Made by a program: the position numbers and the translations under genes
NCBI GenBank assembly: GCA_031359775.1
Contig: JANMAL010000663.1
Location: 1-32,132, forward strand
Origin: Blastocatellia bacterium
GTDB lineage: Bacteria; Acidobacteriota; Blastocatellia; RBC074
Direction of reading: 5' to 3'
Length of the DNA: 32,132 nt
The notes under the pieces: model-generated
Seen by the model: the letters and a program-made list of their open reading frames with translations, nothing else
Databases searched by the model: none
What the model was told of the DNA's origin: nothing
Part shown: in pieces, positions 10,071 through 18,365 of the stretch
How the letters are laid out: every line of letters starts with the position of its first letter
Numbering within the stretch: position 1 is the first letter of the stretch

Positions 10071-11042
10071 ATGCAAATTGAATTTCCCGGTTTTTTTGAT
10101 TTACAAGTCAACGGTTTTGCAGGCGTGGATTTCAACGAGCCCTGCACGCCAGCGCAATTGCAGCACGCGATTGCGGCCCTGCGCGCAACCGGCGTGACGC
10201 AATTTTTGCCGACCATCATTACTTCGTCGCGCGCACATTTTGCAAGCTGTGCGCAGGCAATCTTAAATTTTGCTGACCCGGCTATTGCGGGCATTCACAT
10301 GGAAGGCCCCTATCTTTCGCCCGTTGATGGCGCGCGCGGCGCGCATCCGCAAGCTTGTGTGATGGACGCTTCAATTGACGATTTCAAGCAGCGCCAGGAC
10401 GTCGCTGAGGGGCGCATTGTATTGGTCACACTTGCCCCTGAAGTGCCGCAGGCGTTGGCGCTGATTGAGTATCTGGTCGCCGCCAATATCAAAGTCGCTA
10501 TCGGTCATACCGCCGCCACACCGGAGCAAATTCGGGCTGCGATCCAGGCCGGAGCAACCTTGTCCACGCATCTTGGCAATGGTTGCGCAAATCTGTTGCC
10601 GCGTCATCCGAACTTTCTCTGGGAACAACTGGCCGCAGATGAACTGTTTGCGAGCTTGATTGTAGACGGACACCATTTGCCCGCCGCGACGGTGAAAGCG
10701 ATGGTGCGCGCGAAAACATTGGGAAAAACGATTTTGGTGACAGATGCAATTGCTGCTGCCGGATGCGCGCCCGGCTTATTTGAACTGGGCGGGGTGACAG
10801 TCGAATTGAGTGCCGATGGGCATGTTGCCGAGCCGGGCAAGCCCTGGCTGGCGGGATCATCACTGGCGATGAACAACGCCGTCGCGAACACCGTCCGCTT
10901 CACCGGATTGTCAATTGCCGAAGTATTGCCGCTGGCTTCGACGCAACCTGCCAATTATCTAGGTCTGGCCCCGCGCGGCACCGTCATTGCCGATTGGGAT
11001 GAAGCGAATTATTCTCTGACAGTGAAAACCGTCGTTTCGTAA
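10071..11042 (+). CDS. nagA: N-acetylglucosamine-6-phosphate deacetylase-like amidohydrolase (NagA family, short N-terminus)
   Basis: Motifs align with E. coli-type NagA: PGFFDLQVNG (QxN metal-site variant), GIHMEGPYLS, AIGHTAAT, LSTHLGNG and LVTDAIAAAG. The ORF track starts at GTG 10056. The ATG at 10071 (MQIEFPGFFDLQVNG) is my preferred start. Confidence 0.8.
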   Translation: MQIEFPGFFDLQVNGFAGVDFNEPCTPAQLQHAIAALRATGVTQFLPTIITSSRAHFASCAQAILNFADPAIAGIHMEGPYLSPVDGARGAHPQACVMDASIDDFKQRQDVAEGRIVLVTLAPEVPQALALIEYLVAANIKVAIGHTAATPEQIRAAIQAGATLSTHLGNGCANLLPRHPNFLWEQLAADELFASLIVDGHHLPAATVKAMVRAKTLGKTILVTDAIAAAGCAPGLFELGGVTVELSADGHVAEPGKPWLAGSSLAMNNAVANTVRFTGLSIAEVLPLASTQPANYLGLAPRGTVIADWDEANYSLTVKTVVS

Positions 11043-11085
11043 TTATCAGTCCAAAACAGGCACTCTGCCCGGTCGTACATCAACT

Positions 11086-12366
11086 ATGAATAAACGCCCC
11101 ATCAAACATTTGCGCTGGTACATTGCGATTCTGATTTGTTTCGCTTCGGAGCTAAATTACATGGATCGCAATACTCTCTCGGTCTTGAAAGACACCATTC
11201 AGAAAGCCTTGAAATTCGACGATAGCGGCTATGCGCTTATCACCGCCACGTTTTTATGGACTTATGCGGTGGCCTATGTAATCAGCGGTTGGGTTGTGGA
11301 TCGTCTGGGGTCGCGGCGGGGCTTTTTGGTATTTGTGACGGGCTGGTCTATTGCCAATATGCTACACGCGTTTGCGACAGGTGTTGGCAGCTTTCAATTC
11401 TTTCGCGGCCTGCTGGCAACGATGGAGCCAGCGAATTTTCCGGCGGGTATCAAAGCCGTATCCGAGTGGTTTCCGATGCGTGAGCGAGCATTGGCGGTGG
11501 GCATCTTCAACGCCGGAACTGCGCTCGGCAACACGTTGGCCGTGCCGGTGGCGGCGGCGGTCGCCTTGGCGTATGGCTGGCAATTCGCGTTTGTTTTCAC
11601 CGGCGCAATCGGATTTGTTTGGGTCGCGATTTGGTTTTTTGTCTATCGTTTGCCGCAAGATCATCCGCGCATTTCCGAAGAGGAAAAACAGCTAATTCTG
11701 GCGGGACGAGAGGAAGAGGACAAAACCGCGCACGAAAGAATTTCGCCCTGGCAATTGCTCAAGATGCCTGCGACGTGGGGCTGCGCGTTGGCGCGGCTGT
11801 TGACCGATCCGATTTCGTATTTTCTGTTTTTTTGGACGCCGAGTTATCTGCAAACAGAGCGTGGGTTTGATCTCAAGCAAGTTGGCATGTACGCGTGGAT
11901 TCCGTTTGCGGCCTTGACGCTGGGCAATTTATTTAGCGGGGCGATGCCACGTTGGTTGATTAGTCGTGGCTGGACATTGAACACCGCGCGCAAAGGCACG
12001 ATGCTCGGCGTATCGCTGGCAATGCTGGTGCTGTGCTTTGTCGTCACGCAAGCGACGACACCGGTGACAGCCGTGTTGATTTTAGCCGCAGTGATGTTTG
12101 GGCATGCCGCCTGGGGGAACATTATTCTTCCCGCCGAGGCATTTCCGCGCAATGCAGTTGGGTTCGTGACCGGCTTTGGCGGATTTCTGGGCGGCATCGC
12201 AGGGGGGATTACGCAACTGGTGATTGGCAGCGTTGTGATGACGTATGGCTATGGGCCGATTTTTGCGGTGTGTTCGGTGATGTATCTGCTGGCGCTGGCC
12301 GCCGTTCACTTTTTGATTGGTGAACTTGGCATCATCCGGCCCATAAAAGGTGTTGCCGCAGCGTAA
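11086..12366 (+). CDS. MFS transporter, ACS family, ExuT-like (hexuronate/sugar-acid transporter)
   Basis: 426-aa ORF with about 12 hydrophobic segments. LRWYIAIL.., NFPAGIKAVSEWFPMRERALAVGIFNAGTALG and YGWQFAFVFTGAIGFVWVAIWFFVYR parallel E. coli ExuT blocks as I recall them. Confidence 0.8.
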   Translation: MNKRPIKHLRWYIAILICFASELNYMDRNTLSVLKDTIQKALKFDDSGYALITATFLWTYAVAYVISGWVVDRLGSRRGFLVFVTGWSIANMLHAFATGVGSFQFFRGLLATMEPANFPAGIKAVSEWFPMRERALAVGIFNAGTALGNTLAVPVAAAVALAYGWQFAFVFTGAIGFVWVAIWFFVYRLPQDHPRISEEEKQLILAGREEEDKTAHERISPWQLLKMPATWGCALARLLTDPISYFLFFWTPSYLQTERGFDLKQVGMYAWIPFAALTLGNLFSGAMPRWLISRGWTLNTARKGTMLGVSLAMLVLCFVVTQATTPVTAVLILAAVMFGHAAWGNIILPAEAFPRNAVGFVTGFGGFLGGIAGGITQLVIGSVVMTYGYGPIFAVCSVMYLLALAAVHFLIGELGIIRPIKGVAAA

Positions 12367-12403
12367 GAGGTTAAGTTTTGCGCCGCAAGATTTGCGTGAT
12401 GTT

Positions 12404-13159
12404 TTATTTTTTAGGGCGCGCCGTCTTTGCGTTGCTTGCAATCGTTTTCTGATTGTCTTTTTCCCAAGACTTTTCCGCTGACACCAGATGCGCTGTCAGA
12501 ATTTCTTTGGCACGACGGGATTCACGCTGCCGAACGGCTTCATAAATGCGTTCGTGCCATTCGACGGCCTCTTCTTTATCTGTTGCGCGCGCAATAGATT
12601 CGCGCCGCACTTGCAGCAACAAGGCCGCGACCGTGTCCATCACGCCGCTCATGATTTTGTTGCCTGCCGCCGCTGCCAGTGCCTGATGAAAGCCCACATC
12701 GTGTTTCAAAAACTTTTCCGGGTCGTTCAGATGCTTGCGCATTCCTTCAATCTCAACGGCAATTGTTTTTAAATGCTCTGAGGTGGCGCGTTCTGCCGCC
12801 AATTCCACCAAGCCGGTTTCAATGATGCGGCGCGCTTCAAACAATTCGGCTGTTTGCGTGTTGTGAATCAGCGTCATAAATTCCATCGGCTCGGCAAAAA
12901 TTTCCGGCATGGAATCGGCAATGAAGGTGCCTGCGCCCGGCTTCGCTCGAATAATCCCCATGACGGAGAGGGCTTTTAGGGCAGTGCGCAAAGAGGGCCG
13001 CGAAATGCTGAGCATGTCGGCCAGTTCGCGCTCCGGGGGCAAACGGCTGCCCGCTTTTAATTCGCCTTGTTGGAGCAGTTCTTTGATCCGTTGAACGACC
13101 AGTTCCGTGATCCCGGAACGATCAATCGGGGCAAGCGCGCGCGAGAAATGAGTATCCAT
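12404..13159 (-). CDS. GntR-family transcriptional regulator, FadR/FCD subfamily
   Basis: 251-aa ORF. It has an N-terminal winged helix-turn-helix (LPPERELADMLSISRPSLRTALKALSVMGIIRAKPGAGTFI) and an all-helical FCD-like C-terminal domain (..FHQALAAAAGN..). Confidence 0.85.
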   Translation of the reverse strand: MDTHFSRALAPIDRSGITELVVQRIKELLQQGELKAGSRLPPERELADMLSISRPSLRTALKALSVMGIIRAKPGAGTFIADSMPEIFAEPMEFMTLIHNTQTAELFEARRIIETGLVELAAERATSEHLKTIAVEIEGMRKHLNDPEKFLKHDVGFHQALAAAAGNKIMSGVMDTVAALLLQVRRESIARATDKEEAVEWHERIYEAVRQRESRRAKEILTAHLVSAEKSWEKDNQKTIASNAKTARPKK

Positions 13160-13320
13160 AAAATCCTAGCTGATGCATTGGTGGGGCAAATCCTGCGGTT
13201 CGCCGTTTGGTAAGACTGTCGAACTGTAAAACCGGCAAGTGGTCTTGTCAATGTAACTTCCACAATTCCAGTTTTTCGGACAGGCGTTCAAGATTTTGGA
13301 TAGCGGCCGTAAACATGTCG

Positions 13321-13344
13321 GCGGATTCAAATTTATGAATCCGC
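13321..13344. promoter_or_regulatory. Palindrome GCGGATTCA-AATTTA-TGAATCCGC in the GntR/TonB-receptor intergenic region (candidate operator)
   Basis: 9-bp perfect arms around a 6-bp AT centre. It lies in a 321-bp non-coding region between the divergent regulator and receptor genes. Confidence 0.35.
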
Positions 13345-13480
13345 CCGATGTTATAGGTGGGGCAAATGGATATGCGACAACATTCAGATCGTCGCATATT
13401 CCTGGGTTAATGGAATGCAAGTTGCTTCCATTTAGCGCATTGCATCAACCTTAATCTATAAAACTGCAAAAGGAGCTCCT

Positions 13481-14170
13481 ATGACCCAGTCCAAACTTTC
13501 CCATTTATTTTTTACCCTGTTGGTGCTGGTTGCCGGGTGCGCACTGAACGCCGTCGCACAAACCGCTACAGGAAGGATTGTGGGGACAGTACAGGATGTG
13601 GCGGGAGCAACGATTCCCAATGCCGCTGTCAGTGCCATCAATGAAGGGACGCAGGTTTCTTACAAGACCACCACCAATAATTTCGGAGGCTATAATTTTG
13701 AAGCCTTACAAGCAGGTTCTTATACCATTGTGACGGAGATTAACGGCTTCAAGAAATACTCATCCGCCAAAAATGTGCTGACGGCAAATGACACGCTGAC
13801 CTTACGGGTAACCTTAGAGACAGGCGCGATTAGCGAGACGGTGCAGGTCGAAGGCACCTACGAACGTGTGCAAACCAATCAATCGGGTAACATCGGTGCG
13901 GTTGTCACCGCCAAGAGTTTAGTTGATTTGCCGATTGTTGGACGCAACCCGCTTTCGCTGATTGCTTTCCAGCCCGGCGTCGCGACGGGCGCGAATCCCG
14001 GCGGCGGAACGCACATTTTTGGTGCGCGGGACCGGGCCGTAAATCTGACGATGGATGGCATTGATTCAAACGAAGCTTCTGCCGGCCCTGCTCGGTTGTT
14101 CTTGAGCACCAGCAACCCCGCGAGCATTAATGCCCACAGTATTCAGTTGGGTGCCAAGATAAATTTCTAA
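13481..14170 (+). CDS. Carboxypeptidase-regulatory-like domain protein; apparent internally deleted TonB-dependent receptor (possible pseudogene/remnant)
   Basis: 229-aa ORF with AAGGAG plus ATG and a signal peptide. Residues 1-200 are collinear with the N-terminus of the downstream 1260-aa receptor (CarboxypepD_reg, then LPIVGRNPLSLIAFQPGV, then ARDRAVNLTMDGIDSNEAS). It then jumps to ..STSNPASINAHSIQLGAKINF*, which resembles the receptor's extreme C-terminus (..STGSPSIL...ARVIQFAMKLKF*). Confidence 0.6.
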   Translation: MTQSKLSHLFFTLLVLVAGCALNAVAQTATGRIVGTVQDVAGATIPNAAVSAINEGTQVSYKTTTNNFGGYNFEALQAGSYTIVTEINGFKKYSSAKNVLTANDTLTLRVTLETGAISETVQVEGTYERVQTNQSGNIGAVVTAKSLVDLPIVGRNPLSLIAFQPGVATGANPGGGTHIFGARDRAVNLTMDGIDSNEASAGPARLFLSTSNPASINAHSIQLGAKINF

Positions 14171-14368
14171 GCGGTGACGGGCTTTTCCGTAATTTTTGCC
14201 GTGAGGGATATTGCCTAGCAGGAGATGAGTTTTGCCTTTTGCCCGGCACCTTGCTTTTAAGCTCTCGGTTCTCTATACAAACATTTGAGTATCGTCGAAA
14301 CTTTGCTTTATTTACAATTTGCAACCAACCTTAATGGCCGTCTTCTGCCATCCCCTTCAGGAGGGAAT

Positions 14369-17300
14369 ATGAAACAATCTATTCGATTCTTTGGAAAATT
14401 TCTTTTGCTGATGTTCATCGCTGGGGGCGCCTTCGCCCAAACCAGTACCTCGCGCATTACCGGGGCGGTGACGGATGCTTCTGGCGCAGTGGTGCCGGGC
14501 GCGAAAGTGACCGTCAAAAACGAAGCGACGGGCGTGTCATTTACCCAGATGACAACCAATGCGGGCGTCTATTCCTTCCCGTCGCTGAACCCCGGGGTTT
14601 ACACTATCACGGCGGAGGTTCAGGGCTTCAAAACCATTACTAAAACAGGCAACGTCTTGGAAATCAACACGCCGCTGACGGTAGACGTGGCGCTTGAAAT
14701 TGGGCAAATGACCGATGTCGTAACGGTTGCGGGTGGCTATGAACGATTGCAAACCACGAATGCTACAATTGGTAATGTGGTTGAGCAGAAGGCGATTGAA
14801 GCGCTGCCGCTCAATGGACGCAATCCGCTCACGCTCATTACCTTAGAACCAGGAGTCACACAGCGTTCTGCTGGGGGCGCAGGGTCAGGAATTCACGTCA
14901 ATGGTTCGCGGGATCGTGCGTTTAATGTGACTATTGATGGTATTGAGGCAAATGAATCTACTGTCCCCAATCCCGTTTCCAATTTGTACCGCATTAATCC
15001 TGATAACATCCAGGAGTACAAAGTAACGACCAATAATGCGACAGCAGAAGAAGGGCGCAATAGCGGCGCTTCGATTTCGATTGCCACGCGTAGCGGCACG
15101 AACGAGTTTCACGGGACATTATTTGAATATGCGCGCAACACAGCGCTGAATGCGAAAGGGTTTTTCAGCAATGCGCGTAATCAACCGAAGAATGACATCA
15201 AGCTGCATCAATATGGCGTGGAAGTTGGTGGCCCGATTTTCAAAGGCAAAACCTTCTTTTTCGCTAGTTATCAGGGGCAGCGCGTCAAATTCACGCAGCC
15301 CATTGACCAAACGTTTGGTTTTCCGACGATCTATACGCCGACAGCCCTATCCGGCAAGTTTCGCTATCTCAAAGGGGGCGTTAACGCACCAACTTTAGTG
15401 AATCGCCAAACGGGCGAATTGGCGGCGGGGGTGCGTAATTGTACCAGCGCTACCGATACGGGTTGCATCGCCACCTATGACATTTTTGCCAATGATCCAC
15501 GCAAGATTGGCATTGATCCCATTGTGGCCAAGCTGTTCAATTCGTATCCCAAACCGAATGATTATTCGACGGGGGATGGATTGAATACGGCGACTTACGC
15601 GTGGAATCCGCCGACCGAAAATCAAGGGCCGAATTACGCGATTCGCATTGATCACACGATCAATCAAAATAACTCTATTTTTGGACGCTGGCTCTACGCC
15701 GATCAAAACACTATCCAGGGTGATCCGCTCAATGGTCGTCCGCAAGTGTTTCCAGGCTTCGCGCCGCTCGGCGAAGTGTATCGCGCAACTAAAAATTTAG
15801 CGCTTGGCTGGCGCTCAACAATCACACCAACTCTCAATAATGAATTTACGGTAGGCTTTGCGCGCTTCAGTTTTTTGTTTACGCAAGGCGAAGCGAATCC
15901 TAATTTCCCTAATATTCCTCCGTATTCCTTTAATCTGGCGACTGTGCCATTTATCAACACGCCGCGTACTGCGCGGGCCGTTACGACCCCGCAATTTATG
16001 GACAATGTTACGTGGGTCAGAGACGCGCACGTGTTTCGTGGTGGAGTCAACGTACGGTTTTATCAGCATAACGATCAGCGCGGTCAACCCGGCGGCGTCA
16101 ACGTCACGCCAACACTTTCGTTTAGTTCTACCATCCTGCCGCCAACTATTGCGGGCGAAGCCGGACTCGGAATTAATTCTAATGACTTAACTCGCTTGCG
16201 TAGCTCCGTTAACGATTTATTGGGGATTGCCGTGCGACTCACGCAACCCTTCATTGGCGATCTGAATGGCGATGCGTTTTTGCCCTTCCAGAAAGATGGC
16301 AAGGTCTCGCTCTTCAACGTTGGCACCCGTTTGAAACAATACAATCTTTTCCTTCAGGATGATTGGAAGGCACGGTCAAATTTATCTCTCAGTTACGGAG
16401 TACGAATGGAATTGAACACACCGCCGAGAGAAGCGGGAGGGCGTGTGTTTGTGCCCAACCAGGCGATTGACGGATCGCAAGGCTTGGTGACGTTTGGGAA
16501 AGGACGGTCTTTTTATAAAGACGACCACGCACTGGCTTTCGGCCCCCGTATTGGTATTGCCTGGAGTCCTGGCAAAAGTGGTAAGTTCGTGGTGCGCACG
16601 GGCTATGGTATTGCCTATGATCCGGTTTCTTCATTTCAGGTAACAGCGGTGATGGGACGTCCGCCAGGACTTATCAGCACCTGTACTTCCACCGTCGGGG
16701 TTGCCCCACAAGTTGGTTGTCAGGGCTTACCCGCCGCTGGCACACGCCTGTCTGAGAATTTCCCTCTGGCGCTGGCCGCTCCTACTATCAAGCCGTCATC
16801 TTTCCAGACGCTGCCCAATGTATTGCTCAACAATGCGCCGCCCGTGGCAGTCTTCGATCCAGACTTACAAATGCCCACAGTGCATCAGTGGAATTTGAAT
16901 TTGCAGTATGAATTGCCGGGTGGATTCGTGGCCTCCGGCGCTTACATTGGACGGCGCGGCACACATCTAATGCGCGCCTATGACATCAACCAAATTGATG
17001 CCAAGCCGATCCTGGGTGACTTTTTGAATATGCAGTACAACATTAAAACTGCGACCAACTGTAACCCGGACGGCGTCACACAACGCAATACTGCGGCGGG
17101 CCAACCGGCCTGTAGCGGCGGCAGGTTAATCTCGTTCGTGAATTATCCAACGACTGTCCCCAATAGCCCGAAGGGGCCGCTGACGCAGGCATTTGTGAAT
17201 AGCGGAATTACCGTTACCGATCTCGATCAAAATGGCGCGGGCAACTTCGCCGGACGGATTGAGCAGACGACGCTGGCCTTGAAATTGCGCCCGAATCAAC

Positions 17301-18151
17301 AGTTTGGCGTCATTACTTATATGGATGCAGGTGGCGATTCGTATTATCACTCCGCCCAATTCACGTTGCGCAAACGATTCGAGAAAGGGCTGTTGTTCGG
17401 CCTTGCCTATACGTTTGGTAAATCCATTGACAACCAATCCGTAGACCCGGTGGGCGCGGCTTCAGGCGGCGGTTTAAGTACCACCAATTCACGGACCCCA
17501 ACTGATGCGCGTGATTGGAAAGGTGAGCGAGCACGGTCAGATTTTGACCGCACGCATGTGCTGACCTCGACTGCTGTTTATGAATTGCCCTTTGGGAAAG
17601 GTAAAGCGTTAGACCCCAACAATGGGTTTCTGAACGCGATCTTTGGCGGCTGGGCGATGAACGGCATTTACACCAAGATGTCGGGTGAGCCATTCACTGT
17701 GACGAGTGGCGTGCGGACAGCCAATTTTTCGCACGTTTCGCGCGCCGATATTGTGACCCCTATTACCGCACAATTGCAGGATAAAGCCGGCGTAGCAGGG
17801 CCAGTTGTTTTTCCTGATGCCTCTGCTTTTAGGAGTCCAGCTCCTGGGTCGAATGGAGCAGGGCGAAATATTTTTGTCGCACCTGGTTACTGGAATCTTG
17901 ATCTTGGTTTCAGCAAGACGTTTCAAATCACCGAACGCGTCAAATTAGATTTCCGCACCGAGATGTTCAATGCGCTGAATCACACCAACTTTGATAACCC
18001 GCGCGATGCCTCAACAGGATCGCCGAGTATTCTCTCTCCGGTTTTCGGGCAAACCTGCTGTGCGGCAGTTGCTCCACCTACGACACAGACAATTATCCAA
18101 ACAGGTGAGGCTGCGCGTGTCATTCAATTCGCAATGAAGTTGAAGTTTTAA
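14369..18151 (+). CDS. TonB-dependent outer-membrane receptor with N-terminal carboxypeptidase-regulatory-like domain (acidobacterial type)
   Basis: GGAGGG precedes ATG 14369. It has a signal peptide (KFLLLMFIAGGAFAQ), a CarboxypepD_reg-like block (ITGAVTDASGAVVPGAKVTVKNEATG..GVYTITAEVQGFK), a plug-like block (LPLNGRNPLTLITLEPGV), a ~1000-aa beta-rich body and a terminal IQFAMKLKF. The ORF-track TTG at 14285 adds 28 non-signal residues and is unlikely to be the start. Confidence 0.85.
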   Translation: MKQSIRFFGKFLLLMFIAGGAFAQTSTSRITGAVTDASGAVVPGAKVTVKNEATGVSFTQMTTNAGVYSFPSLNPGVYTITAEVQGFKTITKTGNVLEINTPLTVDVALEIGQMTDVVTVAGGYERLQTTNATIGNVVEQKAIEALPLNGRNPLTLITLEPGVTQRSAGGAGSGIHVNGSRDRAFNVTIDGIEANESTVPNPVSNLYRINPDNIQEYKVTTNNATAEEGRNSGASISIATRSGTNEFHGTLFEYARNTALNAKGFFSNARNQPKNDIKLHQYGVEVGGPIFKGKTFFFASYQGQRVKFTQPIDQTFGFPTIYTPTALSGKFRYLKGGVNAPTLVNRQTGELAAGVRNCTSATDTGCIATYDIFANDPRKIGIDPIVAKLFNSYPKPNDYSTGDGLNTATYAWNPPTENQGPNYAIRIDHTINQNNSIFGRWLYADQNTIQGDPLNGRPQVFPGFAPLGEVYRATKNLALGWRSTITPTLNNEFTVGFARFSFLFTQGEANPNFPNIPPYSFNLATVPFINTPRTARAVTTPQFMDNVTWVRDAHVFRGGVNVRFYQHNDQRGQPGGVNVTPTLSFSSTILPPTIAGEAGLGINSNDLTRLRSSVNDLLGIAVRLTQPFIGDLNGDAFLPFQKDGKVSLFNVGTRLKQYNLFLQDDWKARSNLSLSYGVRMELNTPPREAGGRVFVPNQAIDGSQGLVTFGKGRSFYKDDHALAFGPRIGIAWSPGKSGKFVVRTGYGIAYDPVSSFQVTAVMGRPPGLISTCTSTVGVAPQVGCQGLPAAGTRLSENFPLALAAPTIKPSSFQTLPNVLLNNAPPVAVFDPDLQMPTVHQWNLNLQYELPGGFVASGAYIGRRGTHLMRAYDINQIDAKPILGDFLNMQYNIKTATNCNPDGVTQRNTAAGQPACSGGRLISFVNYPTTVPNSPKGPLTQAFVNSGITVTDLDQNGAGNFAGRIEQTTLALKLRPNQQFGVITYMDAGGDSYYHSAQFTLRKRFEKGLLFGLAYTFGKSIDNQSVDPVGAASGGGLSTTNSRTPTDARDWKGERARSDFDRTHVLTSTAVYELPFGKGKALDPNNGFLNAIFGGWAMNGIYTKMSGEPFTVTSGVRTANFSHVSRADIVTPITAQLQDKAGVAGPVVFPDASAFRSPAPGSNGAGRNIFVAPGYWNLDLGFSKTFQITERVKLDFRTEMFNALNHTNFDNPRDASTGSPSILSPVFGQTCCAAVAPPTTQTIIQTGEAARVIQFAMKLKF

Positions 18152-18173
18152 TGCGATGCTGATTTACGGCTAC

Positions 18174-18210
18174 AAGGCTGAGTGAGAACATCGCTCAGCC
18201 TTTCTTATTT
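18174..18210 (+). terminator. Rho-independent terminator after the TonB-dependent receptor
   Basis: 12-bp stem AAGGCTGAGTGA (18174-18185) / TCGCTCAGCCTT (18191-18202) with one G-U pair and a 5-nt loop, followed by TCTTATTT. Confidence 0.6.
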
Positions 18211-18217
18211 CGGGCGC

Positions 18218-18246
18218 TTGACAGCACACCCGCGGATAGGGATGAT
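18218..18246 (+). promoter_or_regulatory. Candidate sigma70-like promoter for the ATP-grasp operon
   Basis: TTGACA (18218-18223), a 17-nt spacer, then GATGAT (18241-18246; 4/6 to TATAAT including A2 and T6). It lies just downstream of the terminator and about 120 nt upstream of ATG 18366. Confidence 0.3.
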
Positions 18247-18365
18247 AGCCCGCGATACGAATCATCAACTTACTTACGTCCACCAACTAATTCATCATCG
18301 TCTGCTACGCCCCATAATAATCTGGCATTTTTTTGCCTACAGTTTCGGTAGTTCGGGATTTTCTT

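Noticed and set aside
10056-11042. Idea that the short NagA is a 5'-truncated pseudogene
   Set aside because: All catalytic and metal-binding blocks are intact and the reading frame is open to a normal C-terminus. It is kept only as a lower-interest architectural oddity.
13166-13420. 84-aa minus-strand ORF in the GntR/receptor intergenic region
   Set aside because: It has no Shine-Dalgarno sequence and an odd Cys/Pro/Asn-rich composition. It spans the palindromes and direct repeats, which are better explained as regulatory DNA.
14285-14368. TTG-initiated 28-codon N-terminal extension of the TonB-dependent receptor
   Set aside because: The extension (MSIVETLLYLQFATNLNGRLLPSPSGGN) precedes, and would bury, the obvious signal peptide. 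ATG 14369 has a GGAGGG Shine-Dalgarno sequence at the right distance.
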